From the NCBI GenBank assembly GCA_963765675.1, contig CAVXXK010000001.1, positions 1,760,001 through 1,824,000 on the forward strand: 64,000 nucleotides of DNA, given 5' to 3'. Position 1 is the first letter of the stretch, and the number at the start of each line of letters is the position of its first letter. Shown here piece after piece: positions 1 to 9,827 of this stretch. The translations under genes and the position numbers were made by a program. Under the pieces are notes generated by a model. The model ran no database searches. It was not told the DNA's origin and saw nothing but the letters and a program-made list of their open reading frames with translations. The DNA is from an uncultured delta proteobacterium (GTDB lineage: Bacteria; Desulfobacterota; Binatia; Binatales; Binataceae).

Positions 1-683
1 ACCTTGCCCGTCAACTGATACTCGAGGATCGGACCGGCGAGCAGCGGTATTACGCCCTCGACTTGCGCGAGCTCGATCCATTGTCCGCGTCCGGTTTTTC
101 CGCGCTCGTGCAGCGCCGCGAGAATTCCGAAAGTGCCGGTCAGGCCGCCGACCGGATCGCCGAGCGCGTTGGAGAGCGTGTAGGGCTGATCGCTGTCGTG
201 ATAGCGCGCGAGTCCGGTCACACCGGCCATCGCCTCGACCGTGTTGCCGTAGCCACGCGAGAAAGTTTCGGGACCGCCGTATCCGAACGACGGCATCGAG
301 ATCATTATCAACCGCGGATTTAGCGGCGCCAGAATTTCGTAGGTCAGGCCGAAGCGCTCCATCACGCCGGGGCTGTAGTTCTCGATGAGAATATCGCTGT
401 GCGCGACCAGACGCTTAACCAGCGCGATTCCGCGCGGATTTAGAAGATCGAGGGTGACGCCGAGCTTGCCGCGATTGGTGGTGTTGAAGGTCGCGGCGCG
501 CTCGATCGGCTGAAATTCCGGCGGCGCCATCGAGAGCGAGCCGCGCCACCAGTCGAAGTAGTGCGTGTCCTCGACCTTGATCACCTGCGCGCCCATCTCC
601 GCCAGCATCTGGCCCGCGAGCGGCCCCGCCCATCCCATCGAGAGGTCGAGCACGCGAATTTTCTTGTCGAATATCGTGGTCAT
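1..683 (-). CDS. CaiB/BaiF family (class III) CoA transferase, 3' part runs off the window
   Basis: Manual translation from ATG 683: MTTIFDKKIRVLDLSMGWAGPLAGQMLAEMGAQVIKVED; ATGA overlap with the stop of the upstream CoA transferase. Confidence 0.88.
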   Translation of the reverse strand, partial: MTTIFDKKIRVLDLSMGWAGPLAGQMLAEMGAQVIKVEDTHYFDWWRGSLSMAPPEFQPIERAATFNTTNRGKLGVTLDLLNPRGIALVKRLVAHSDILIENYSPGVMERFGLTYEILAPLNPRLIMISMPSFGYGGPETFSRGYGNTVEAMAGVTGLARYHDSDQPYTLSNALGDPVGGLTGTFGILAALHERGKTGRGQWIELAQVEGVIPLLAGPILEYQLTGK

Positions 684-1864
684 GCTGATGCCCCCGCGAT
701 TACGCCCGAACGCTCCAGCGTTGCGAGACCGTCTTTGCCGACACCCGGCAGCGCGCCCAGGACTTCGCGATTATGCTCGCCCAAGCGCGGCGCGGGCCGC
801 GTCGGTTCGGGGCGATGCGAATGCATCCGCAGCGGAGCGCCGGGGATGCGAATCCGGCCGAGAGCGGGATCGTCGACGGTTTCGAAATATTCGCGCGCTC
901 TGGTCTGCTCCCATTCGAGCACTTCGGCGACGCTCGGGATCGGCACCAGCGGAATCGCGCGCGCCTGCCCCTCGCGATAGAGCCATCGGCGATCGTGTTC
1001 GAGAAAAAAGCGCGCGACGATATCGAGCAGGGCGTCGTTGCTGACCATTCGCTTGAGCGCGCTGTTGAAACGATCGTCGGTCACCAAATCGGGCCGCTGC
1101 ATCAGATCGCACAGACCCTGGAACTGCTTGTCGGTCACGCACTGGAGGCCGGCGTATCCGTCGCGGCATTTGAGCGTGACGATCAGGAACGGACCGATCG
1201 CGAAGCGGCGTCCGTTGCGCTCGCGCAAAATTCCGTTGTACTGGAACGCGACGGTTTCATAGATCATCGTCGCGACCGTCGCTTCGAGCAGCGAGATATC
1301 GACGTGCTGCCCGCGATGAGCGGTCAGGTTACGCGCGAGTATCGCCTGCATCGCACCGACCGCGCCGTAAAGTCCGCCGACGTATTGCGCGAGCGAGCCG
1401 GGCGGAGTCAGCGGAGCGCGGTCGCGTTCGCCGACGGGAAAGGTCCATCCGCCACGCGCGAACAGCGTCAGGTCGTTGAGCATGCCGCCGCTCTCGGCAC
1501 CGTCCTGTCCGAAATTCGAGATCGAAACGATCGACAATCGCGGAAAAGTTTCGAGCAACTCCGACGGTTCGAGCGCGAGATGCGCGAGGGTTCCGGGCGC
1601 GAAGTTTTCGACCAGCAAATCGGCGCCGGCCAGGAGCTCGCGAACGAGCGCGCGGCCGCGGGGATGCTTCAAATCGAGCGTGACGCCGAGCTTGTTGATG
1701 TTGAGGAATGAAAACAGCGGCGTGCCGCGGCTGCCTTCGCCGCCGGGCGGTTCGACCTTGATCACCTTGGCGCCGAAATCGGCGAGCAGCATCGTCGCGT
1801 ACGGACCCGCGATGAAATGGGTCAGGTCAACAACCGTGATATCGTTCAGCGCCTGATAACGCAT
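680..1864 (-). CDS. CaiB/BaiF family CoA transferase
   Basis: VVDLTHFIAGPYATMLLADFGAKVIKVEP, LLVENFAPG, APRLGEH motifs; start taken at MRYQ (ATG 1864). Confidence 0.9.
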   Translation of the reverse strand: MRYQALNDITVVDLTHFIAGPYATMLLADFGAKVIKVEPPGGEGSRGTPLFSFLNINKLGVTLDLKHPRGRALVRELLAGADLLVENFAPGTLAHLALEPSELLETFPRLSIVSISNFGQDGAESGGMLNDLTLFARGGWTFPVGERDRAPLTPPGSLAQYVGGLYGAVGAMQAILARNLTAHRGQHVDISLLEATVATMIYETVAFQYNGILRERNGRRFAIGPFLIVTLKCRDGYAGLQCVTDKQFQGLCDLMQRPDLVTDDRFNSALKRMVSNDALLDIVARFFLEHDRRWLYREGQARAIPLVPIPSVAEVLEWEQTRAREYFETVDDPALGRIRIPGAPLRMHSHRPEPTRPAPRLGEHNREVLGALPGVGKDGLATLERSGVIAGASA

Positions 1865-1982
1865 TGCTCTCTTGGGCGCATTCGAGCGCAGAGTTGGCGC
1901 CGCTGTCAAATGCGCAAAAATTGTGGACCGGTGTGCGTGATCGTGCGATACCTCGGAGTACACATTTTTGCTGGAGGCTTCG

Positions 1983-2963
1983 ATGCAAACGCGAAAACTT
2001 GGCGGGCTTGCAGTGTCGGCGATCGGTCTCGGATGCATGGGGATGTCGGCGTTCTATGGGCCGCGCGACGAGAAGGAATCGCTCGCGACGATCGAGAGGT
2101 CGCTGGAGCTCGGATGCAACTTCCTGGACACGGCGGACGTGTACGGCCCTCACACGAATGAAGAGCTGGTCGGCAAAGCGATCAAGGGACGGCGCGACAA
2201 GTTCGTGATCGCGACCAAGTTCGCGATCGTCATCGGTCCGGGACCGAACCAGCGATCGATAAACGGCAAGCCTGATTATGTGAAGAGTGCATGTGACGCG
2301 AGCCTCAAGCGCCTCGGCATCGACACGATCGATCTTTACTATCAGCATCGCGTCGATCCGAACACTCCGATTGAAGACACCGTCGGCGCAATGGCGGATC
2401 TCGTCAAGCAGGGCAAGGTCCGCTATCTGGGACTGTCGGAAGCGGGCGCGAATACGCTGCGGCGCGCGTGCAAGGTGCATCAGATCACGGCGCTGCAGAG
2501 CGAGTACTCGCTATGGACGCGCGACCCCGAGGACGAAATTCTCCCGGCGTGCCGCGAGCTGGGCATCGGGCTGGTCGCCTACAGTCCGCTGGGGCGCGGA
2601 TTTCTGACCGGACAGATCCGCAAGTTCGAGGATCTCGCGGCGGACGATTACCGCCGCTTCTCGCCGCGCTTTCAGGGCGAGAACTTCGCTAAGAATCTCG
2701 AGCTGGTCGCTCGGGTCGAGGCGATCGCGAAAGAGAAGAAACGCACCGCCGGGCAGCTCGCGCTCGCGTGGGTGATGGCGCAAGGCGAGGATATCGTGCC
2801 GATTCCGGGAACCAAGCGGCGCAAGTATCTGGAGGAGAACTTGGGCGCGCTCGAGGTGAAGCTGACGCCCGCGGACCTCAAGCGAATCGAGGAGGTCGCG
2901 CCCAAGGGCGTCGCCGCGGGACTGCGCTATCCCGAGCAGATGATGTCTTCGGTGAATCGGTAG
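1983..2963 (+). CDS. Aldo/keto reductase
   Basis: [31 protein letters not shown] motifs; GGAGG RBS before ATG 1983. Confidence 0.95.
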   Translation: MQTRKLGGLAVSAIGLGCMGMSAFYGPRDEKESLATIERSLELGCNFLDTADVYGPHTNEELVGKAIKGRRDKFVIATKFAIVIGPGPNQRSINGKPDYVKSACDASLKRLGIDTIDLYYQHRVDPNTPIEDTVGAMADLVKQGKVRYLGLSEAGANTLRRACKVHQITALQSEYSLWTRDPEDEILPACRELGIGLVAYSPLGRGFLTGQIRKFEDLAADDYRRFSPRFQGENFAKNLELVARVEAIAKEKKRTAGQLALAWVMAQGEDIVPIPGTKRRKYLEENLGALEVKLTPADLKRIEEVAPKGVAAGLRYPEQMMSSVNR

Positions 2964-2992
2964 CGGTCGGCGTCGAGCAGCGCATGGTGTTC

Positions 2993-3038
2993 GCACTAAT
3001 CGCTTCGCGGAGATCCTTCGCCTGCGGCTCAGGATGAC
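2993..3038. repeat. REP-like repeat (…GATCCTTCGCCTRCGGCTCAGGATGAC), copy 1
   Basis: 46 bp, one mismatch versus 21288-21333. Confidence 0.85.
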
Positions 3039-3076
3039 GGACAATCTTGAAGCGCAGGGGGACAGGTAGCGCGAAA

Positions 3077-3150
3077 GACGGGCGGCTCGCGAGCCGCCCC
3101 CTACGAAGAAAAGATTTCTATTCGTAGGGGCGCGTCGCGACGCGCCGGTC
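3077..3150. repeat. GTAG-type REP doublet (REPIN-like)
   Basis: GGGCGGCTCGCGAGCCGCCCCCTACGAA…TTCGTAGGGGCGCGTCGCGACGCGCC: two inverted palindromes with GTAG feet, followed by a T-run. Confidence 0.8.
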
Positions 3151-3171
3151 TTTTTTTGCGCTCCTGTCCAT

Positions 3172-3360
3172 ACCCTCTCCCGCCGGGAGAGGGCGACGCG
3201 GCGCGGCGATTGCTTCTTTTAGCAATCGCCGTGACGCGTGGGTGAGGGCGGCCTTGCGCTGAGCTTTCTTTATAATCGCGCGGTGCTGCGCCGCGTTGAA
3301 CAAGGTCTCTCACCTTACCGCGTGCCAGTGGCACCTCCCATTCTGGGCGAGGGATCAGAC
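3172..3360. repeat. CCCTC-type palindromic repeat element, uninterrupted copy
   Basis: CCCTCTCCC…GGGAGAGGG…GGTGAGGG arm; spacer GCTTTCTTTATAATCGCGCGG and GTGCCAGTGGCAC shared with 37857-38313. Confidence 0.8.
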
Positions 3361-3370
3361 GGCGGACGGG

Positions 3371-3995
3371 CTACACTTTCGGGACTGCCATGCCCTTTTT
3401 CACCGCCGGACGCGCGCCGATCGCGGTGACCCAGCGCTCGACGTGTCTTTGCTTCTCCGGTGACATCAGCCTTCGCGCTTCTGACCAGTCCGTATGCGGC
3501 CGAAATCCACGGATAGGTCGCGATATCCGCGATCGAGTAGTCGCCCGCCAGATACTCGGTGCGCGCGAGCTGATCGTCCATCACCTTGATGAGGCGCGCC
3601 GACTCGGTCATGTAGCGATCGATCGCGTATGGGATTTTTTCGGACGCCGTGTTAACGAAGTGATTAGTCTGCCCGAGCATCGGACCGACATTTGCCATCT
3701 GCCAGAAGAGCCACTCGAGCACCTTGGCGCGGCCCGGGTCGGTCTTCGGGATGAACTTGCCGGTCTTCTCGGCCAGATGCAGCAGAATCGCGCCCGACTC
3801 GAAAATCGAAAGGCCGCTCTCGCGCTCGACGATCGCGGGAATCTTGCTGTTGGGGCAAATCTTTACGAACTCAGGCTTGAACTGGTCGCCCTCGCGGATG
3901 TTCACCGGATGCACGGTGTACGGGAGCGCGCATTCCTCGAGCATCACGGAGACCTTGCGGCCGTTGGGCGTAGTCCAGGTGTAGAGATCGATCAT
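3371..3995 (-). CDS. Glutathione S-transferase (YfcG/YghU-like), +1 frameshift near 3446
   Basis: MIDLYTWTTPNGRK, PNSKIPAI, FESGAIL, DYSIADIA; the normal C-terminus HVERWVTAIGARPAVKKGMAVPKV* is in another frame ending at TAG 3371. Confidence 0.85.
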
Positions 3996-4135
3996 GGCAG
4001 TGTTCCTTCTCTGAATCAGTTGCGTTTCGCTACTGAACTTACCGGTATGCCTGCCGCGATCCGCAGGCAAGTGCGCCGGGGTTGCGAATCGAACGCGCGG
4101 CGCGCTAAGCCAAATCTCTGGCGAGGTATCAAATC

Positions 4136-5369
4136 ATGCAAAGCGTATCGCAACTCGAAGGCAGCCCCGAAATTCAGGAACTCCGCAAAAAGGTTTCCGA
4201 CTTTATCGGCGAGCTGATCTATCCGAACGAAGCCGCGCTCTTGAAACACGACGAAGAGTCGGGCCGCGTGATGAAATCGATCCAGTCGAAGGCCAAGGAG
4301 CGCGGCCTGTGGGCGCTCGGGCTGCCCAAAGAGATCGGCGGCGGCGGACTCGGCTTCATGCCGTACGTGTTCGTCAACGAGCTGGTCGGGCGCAGCGAAT
4401 TCGCGATGGCCGGCCTCGGCACGCATTCGGCGCAGGACGCGACGATGCTGCACATGTACGGCAGTCCCGAGCAGCAGAAGCGATGGCTGTTTCCGCTGGT
4501 CAACGGCGACATCTATCCGTGCTTCTCGATGACCGAGCCGGAGGTCTCGGGCGCCGACCCGACCGGGATTGCGCACGCGCGCGGTGCAGGACGGCGACGA
4601 ATGGGTAATCAACGGGCACAAGTGGTTTTCGAGCGGCGCAAATCATGCGGCGTACACCACGGTCATGCTGGTGACCGATCCCGACGCGGCGACCTACGAC
4701 AAGTTCAGCATGATTATCGTTCCGATCGATACGCCGGGACTCAAGATCGAGCGCATCATACCGGTGATGGGCGAGACCGCGGGCGGGCATTGCGAGATTC
4801 GCTTCAACGACGCACGGGTGCCGCTGACCAATCTGCTCGGGCCGCGCGGGCAGGCGTTCAAGATCGCTCAGAAGCGGCTCGGGCCCGGACGGATTTTCCA
4901 TTGCATGCGATGGCTCGGGCAGGCGCAGCGCGCGTTCGAGTTGATGGTCGAGCGAGCGCTCAGCCGCCAGACCTTCGGCGGGCCGCTCTCTGACAAGCAG
5001 ACGGTGCAGAACTGGATCGCCGATTCCGCGGCGGAGATCCAGGCCGCGCGATTGTTGACCCTCGATGCGGCGGCGAAGATCGACGCCGGCGACGAGGCGC
5101 GCGTCGAGATCTCGCTGATCAAGTTCTTCGGTGCCAAGGTCCTGCACGACGTGATCGATCGCGCGATCCAGGTGCACGGCGCACTCGGCGTGTCGGAGGA
5201 TACCCCGCTCGCGCGGATGTATCGTCACGCGCGTTTCGCACGGATCTACGACGGACCCGACGAGGTGCATCGGATGGTGGTATCGCGGCGAATCGTGAGC
5301 GAGTTCAAGAAGGGCCGCAAGTGGGACTTCGCCCGCGGCGTAAGGAGCAAAACCTTCCGCGAAGCATAA
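4136..5369 (+). CDS. Acyl-CoA dehydrogenase, frameshift near 4570
   Basis: ORF 4136 (CFSMTEPEVSGADP) joins ORF 4569-5369 (WVINGHKWFSSG, AIQVHGALG, ARIYDGPDEVH). Confidence 0.88.
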
Positions 5370-5423
5370 ACGATCGCTGCGCTCGCACACGGCGGGACGA
5401 ATCTGAAATGCCTTCTCCCACCG

Positions 5424-5681
5424 CAGAGCTGTGCGTAACCCATTCGACTGGGATGCTTACACGGATGGCGAGATTCCTCGCGATGTATGCAGCGCCAAAG
5501 ACAATGCACGACGCAGAGCTGGCGCTAGATTCGCGCTCGGAATGACAACTCTCGCGGGCTGTGTCATTCCGAGCGCGGGCAGGCGACGCCCAGGGCGACC
5601 ATAACGTCCGTCGAGTGGCAGAGATCGCGAGGATCTCGCCTCGGCACTGGCACAGTTTCCGAAGTATCAGGCAAAACTCTC
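5424..5681. mobile_element. MITE-like element, degenerate inverted copy of 38026-38292
   Basis: Aligns by eye along its length to the reverse complement of 38026-38292; ends CAGAGCTGTGCGTAACC…GCAAAACTCTC; followed by CTTTCAGGGCGAGG. Confidence 0.75.
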
Positions 5682-5827
5682 CTTTCAGGGCGAGGAACCG
5701 GACAGAGATCGGCGCGATCGCGCGTACGTCCTTCTGTCGCGCGTGCCGCTGCGCCAGGAATCCCCGCGCGCACGCTCTCGCAAACGTCCGCCAACCGCTG
5801 TCATCGCCTGATGCTTTAATGTTCAGC

Positions 5828-6967
5828 ATGAATAAATTGGAAACTCATCGACCGGCTCGCGCTCGGCTGATAGTCCAAATGTTCGACACGCGGGATCTTG
5901 ACGATCTGGTTCAGAATGTCTTTCGGACCACGATCGCCGCGCGCGGGCTGCGATACGTCAGGCAATCCGATTGGCAATCCGCCATGGCTTTTACCGCCGC
6001 AATGGCGCCGGAATATTTGCGTCCCGATGACGAAGTTCTGATTGATATGCGCGACGACTGCGACTTGTGGCTGACTCTGGAGCGTCGCGGCGTTGTGATT
6101 CAACTCTTCGCCTGTGAGCAATTCGGCAGAGTTACTCTCTTGGCAGCCGGGTGCGATTCGCAATCAATCGAGGCATGCATTCGAGACCATCGCGCGATTT
6201 TCGAGTCGCCGGATTGCGAAGAACCCGACGGGCCGAGTGCGGAGATCGCGTTCTGGTGCCTGTCCGAAAAAGGACCCCAACGCAAAGCGAAGAAACTGAA
6301 GGTACCCGCATGGTGCGGGATCAAAGACAACTATGCGATGCGAACCGCCGCCGCGATCGACCATCTTCTCGCAGGCTTCAAAGCGGGCGTGGGCGGACGC
6401 CTGTTGCTGTGGCATGGAAAACCGGGAACGGGCAAAACCTTCGCAATTCGCGCGCTCGCATGGGAGTGGAGAGAGTTCTGCCGGTTCGAATATATTTTCG
6501 ATCCCGAAAACCTGCTTGGTCCACGCGCGGACTATCTATCGCGAATGATAATCGGCGGTAACGAATCGGAAGATAAAGGCAATACTCAGTGCTGGCGGAT
6601 GCTGGTGCTCGAAGACACGGGCGAGTTACTGAGTATGGATGCCAAAGAGCGCGCTGGCCAAGGCCTCTCGCGGCTACTCAATGCGGTAGACGGCCTGCCG
6701 GGTCAAGACTCGCGCGTGCTGCTGTTGATCACAACGAATGAGGACCTGGGCACACTCCATCCGGCGGTAACCCGTCCCGGCCGCTGCGCCTCGCAAATTG
6801 AGTTTCTGCCGCTTGCGCCCCCGGAAGCAAAAACCTGGCTCAAGAAACGCGCACAGAGGCGTGAGGTCGTCACGCCGAATGGCTCCAGAACGATCGCGGA
6901 ACTCTACGCAATACTCGACGGTCGATACGTACCCGATCGCTCATGCATCGGATTCGTAACTAGCTAG
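5828..6967 (+). CDS. AAA+ ATPase (DUF5925-like)
   Basis: Walker A LLWHGKPGTGKT, Walker B-like LVLED, TTNE sensor, RPGR arginine finger; the ORF extension upstream of ~5800 lies in repeat DNA, start uncertain (5819/5828). Confidence 0.8.
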   Translation: MNKLETHRPARARLIVQMFDTRDLDDLVQNVFRTTIAARGLRYVRQSDWQSAMAFTAAMAPEYLRPDDEVLIDMRDDCDLWLTLERRGVVIQLFACEQFGRVTLLAAGCDSQSIEACIRDHRAIFESPDCEEPDGPSAEIAFWCLSEKGPQRKAKKLKVPAWCGIKDNYAMRTAAAIDHLLAGFKAGVGGRLLLWHGKPGTGKTFAIRALAWEWREFCRFEYIFDPENLLGPRADYLSRMIIGGNESEDKGNTQCWRMLVLEDTGELLSMDAKERAGQGLSRLLNAVDGLPGQDSRVLLLITTNEDLGTLHPAVTRPGRCASQIEFLPLAPPEAKTWLKKRAQRREVVTPNGSRTIAELYAILDGRYVPDRSCIGFVTS

Positions 6968-7029
6968 AGGATCGAACACGAGCTTGGGCAGAGAGGTAGG
7001 TTTCTACTTATCCTTCCGAAACAGATTTC

Positions 7030-7127
7030 TCTGAAGTGGCACAGGCTTTCAGCCTGTGTTCTGAGAACTTCATGAGCCGGAATCATCCGAGTAAGAAGAC
7101 ACAGGCTAAAGCCTGTGCCACCTCAGA
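7030..7127. repeat. GTGG-type REP doublet
   Basis: GTGGCACAGGCTTTCAGCCTGTG … CACAGGCTAAAGCCTGTGCCAC inverted pair between convergent genes. Confidence 0.85.
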
Positions 7128-7160
7128 ACAGCAACGGAGACCAGATGGAGGAGCGCGGAA

Positions 7161-8006
7161 TCAGGTTTTGTACTTGCGCTCGAGGGCTTGGTAGTCGGGG
7201 ACACGCATGGTGCGGGTGAAGGATTCGAAGATGTTGTCCTTTGTCGTGGTCGAGGCGATCTTTCCGGTCGCGTGCAGTTCGCGCATCGTGGAGCGCATCA
7301 TCGCGTAGGCTGCGAGCATCGTGCCTATGTGGATGGTTAGCTTGAATGGATATTTTTTCAGCTCATCTATGGGTAGCAAGTCGCCGTTGTACATTAGCGG
7401 CAGATCACCGAGTCGCTTGGCGTAGGTATCCAGGTCTTCGCGGGTTTTGATTCCGTCGGCGAAGATCAGATCGGCTCCCGCGGCGCGATAGGCGCGGGCG
7501 CGCTTTTCCACTTCGCTCCATCCTTCCGGTTCCAGCGCGTCGGTGCGGGCTATAATCACGAGCTCCGGATCACGCCGCGCGTCGCAGGCGGCGCGCACTT
7601 TCGCAGTCATCTCGTTTTGCGGAATTACCTGTTTGCCGGAGAGGAAACCGCAGCGTTTGGGGAATACCTGATCCTCGATATGCAATGCGGCGGCGCCCGC
7701 GTCTTCATATTCGCGGATCGTGCGCGAGACGTTGAGCGGATTTCCGTAGCCGGTATCCGCGTCGCAGATTACCGGCACCTCGACGGCGTTTGAGATCGCG
7801 CGCGCGTTCGCCACCATCTCGGTCATCGTCAGCAGTCCCAAATCGGGAAACCCTCGCGATGCTGCCGTGCCGAATCCGGTCATGTAAACCGCCTCGAAGC
7901 CAGCTTCCTCGGCGAGGCGCGCCTGCAGGCAATCGAACACGAACGGTGCGACGATCATCTCGGGCCGCGAGAGCATCGCACGCAGCCGCGCTCTGGATTG
8001 ATTCAC
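7161..8006 (-). CDS. Isocitrate lyase/PEP mutase family protein (methylisocitrate/dimethylmalate lyase-like)
   Basis: VICDADTGYG, HIEDQVFPKRCG, IIARTDA motifs. Confidence 0.9.
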   Translation of the reverse strand: MNQSRARLRAMLSRPEMIVAPFVFDCLQARLAEEAGFEAVYMTGFGTAASRGFPDLGLLTMTEMVANARAISNAVEVPVICDADTGYGNPLNVSRTIREYEDAGAAALHIEDQVFPKRCGFLSGKQVIPQNEMTAKVRAACDARRDPELVIIARTDALEPEGWSEVEKRARAYRAAGADLIFADGIKTREDLDTYAKRLGDLPLMYNGDLLPIDELKKYPFKLTIHIGTMLAAYAMMRSTMRELHATGKIASTTTKDNIFESFTRTMRVPDYQALERKYKT

Positions 8007-8036
8007 GATCGAGTCTCCTTTTGAACGCGGCGCGGA

Positions 8037-8948
8037 TCAGCCGAAATAATCTTCGGGACGAATCGCGGCGATATCGATCTGATGGATGCGGTTTTCGCGC
8101 AAGACCTTGAGATTGACCTGCTCGCCCGGGCGCTGATTGCCAAGCGCCTGGTACATCGCGCGGCGCTCGCTGATGTCGTTTCCATTGACCGTGAGCACCA
8201 CGTCGCCTTGCTGCAGGCCCGCCTTCTCGCCCGGCCCTCCCGGCATCACGTTGGCGATCACCACATGCTCGCGCATCGTGTAGGAGAGCACGCCGAGCCA
8301 CGCGCGCGGGGCGGCCGAGATGCGGCGGCCCTGCTGTATAAGCTCGTCGCGCACGGCGAGAAAGTATTCGCCCGGGACGCCCAGGATCGCGCGCCCGATA
8401 TCGGCGAAGTTCAGATAGGAGATCGCGATCGCCTCGCCGTGGCGATTGACGATCGCGCCCCCGGCAAATCCGATCTGCAGCGACGACGCCGTCACGCAGA
8501 CGCATCGCTCGAGCATGAATTCCCACACCGCGTCGAACGGACCGAGGTAGGTCACGAGCCCGCAATCGGCGCATCGCTTGTCGCCGCCAAGGCTCGCGAC
8601 AGTGAATGCTTCCTCGCCGGGAATGGTTGCCTGCGACGACACGATTTTGAGGCAGGGCAGGGGACGGCCGGCGTCGATCCGCAAGAGCCCAAGCCCGGTG
8701 CTGTAGTCCTTGCCGACGATTTTCGCCTGATGCTGATTGCCGTCGGGCAGCGTGACGACAACGCTGGTCGCGCCGAGCAGCAGGTAGTGGACGGTCGCGA
8801 TCAGCCCGTCGGGGCTGACGATAGTTCCGGTGCCGCGGCGGTCGGTGCCGAGTCCGATCGCGGTCGAGACATGCGTGGCCGGGACCTGCGAATGCACGCC
8901 GACGGTCGCGCGCAGGGCTTTCTCGAGCAATACAACAGGGGCATTCAC
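8037..8948 (-). CDS. S1C (HtrA-like) protease-fold protein with PDZ domain
   Basis: GTGTIVSPDGLIAT, RAWLGV, GGPGEKAGLQQGDVV; catalytic GNSGG replaced by GFAGG. Confidence 0.8.
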   Translation of the reverse strand: MNAPVVLLEKALRATVGVHSQVPATHVSTAIGLGTDRRGTGTIVSPDGLIATVHYLLLGATSVVVTLPDGNQHQAKIVGKDYSTGLGLLRIDAGRPLPCLKIVSSQATIPGEEAFTVASLGGDKRCADCGLVTYLGPFDAVWEFMLERCVCVTASSLQIGFAGGAIVNRHGEAIAISYLNFADIGRAILGVPGEYFLAVRDELIQQGRRISAAPRAWLGVLSYTMREHVVIANVMPGGPGEKAGLQQGDVVLTVNGNDISERRAMYQALGNQRPGEQVNLKVLRENRIHQIDIAAIRPEDYFG

Positions 8949-9041
8949 CGCGTCACTTCCCGCAAGTCAGGCTAAGGCTCGCGCGACCCGGTTTCAAGCG
9001 CGCGCGGATCCTCCGCGACAGACTCCATATGATCGCGCGCG

Positions 9042-9074
9042 AAAAAAAGAGGCGGTCCGTTTCCGAACCGCCCC
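9042..9074 (-). terminator. Rho-independent terminator
   Basis: Minus strand GGGGCGGTTCG-GAAA-CGGACCGCCTC-TTTTTTT, downstream of 9102-9518. Confidence 0.8.
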
Positions 9075-9101
9075 GAATTAAATCTGTGATCGGTTTGCAG
9101 C

Positions 9102-9518
9102 TTAACGCTTGCGCGGCGAAACCGGCGCGGCGGGAACCTCGGTCTCATGCGCGCGCATCGTCAGCACCTGCAGCGCCTCGCCGAGATCGAGTTCGCTATA
9201 CTTCTGATTCGAATAGAGAGAGTCGAGCCGCTTGACCGCCTGCTCCGGCGTCATGTCCGCCATCGAGAGCTGGCGCGTGGTCTCGGCGATGATCTTGGGC
9301 GCGCCCTTCCAATGGAACATATTCGCTGCGATGGTCAGGCTATCGAGTTGCGCAACGCTCACCTTCATCGCGTCGGAGTAGCCATTGACGTAGCCGTCCT
9401 TAGCCGAAAGATTAAGCTTGTTCCAGAACGCGCCATCGTGTCCGACGCTGGTAGCCGCAAATGCGACTGCCCAACTCGCCAGAAACCCCAGCAACACGCC
9501 CGCGCCAAACTTTTTCAT
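9102..9518 (-). CDS. Hypothetical secreted protein
   Basis: Signal peptide MKKFGAGVLLGFLASWAVAFA; own terminator. Confidence 0.7.
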   Translation of the reverse strand: MKKFGAGVLLGFLASWAVAFAATSVGHDGAFWNKLNLSAKDGYVNGYSDAMKVSVAQLDSLTIAANMFHWKGAPKIIAETTRQLSMADMTPEQAVKRLDSLYSNQKYSELDLGEALQVLTMRAHETEVPAAPVSPRKR

Positions 9519-9827
9519 TAGACGATGCCCTTCCCGCTCGCCGATGCGGGTTCTTCTAGCAGAAAGACGTCGTAACTGCAAAAAACGTTACACATAATAC
9601 GGCGGTAACAGAGAGATTTATAAACAGCCTTCGATTCCACTGATGCCAGACGCCCCAACTTCCCCGCGGTTGCGCCGCTTATGAGGCACCGCCTCTCCAC
9701 CACCACAGCCGCACACTAGCCGTTTCGCGACTCGCGGTAAATACGGGGGTTCCGGGTTATTTTCGGGACTGGCGGGATTGAACCTGTCTCTTCAGCGGGA
9801 CATCATCGATCGTCTCCCAGCAGCATC

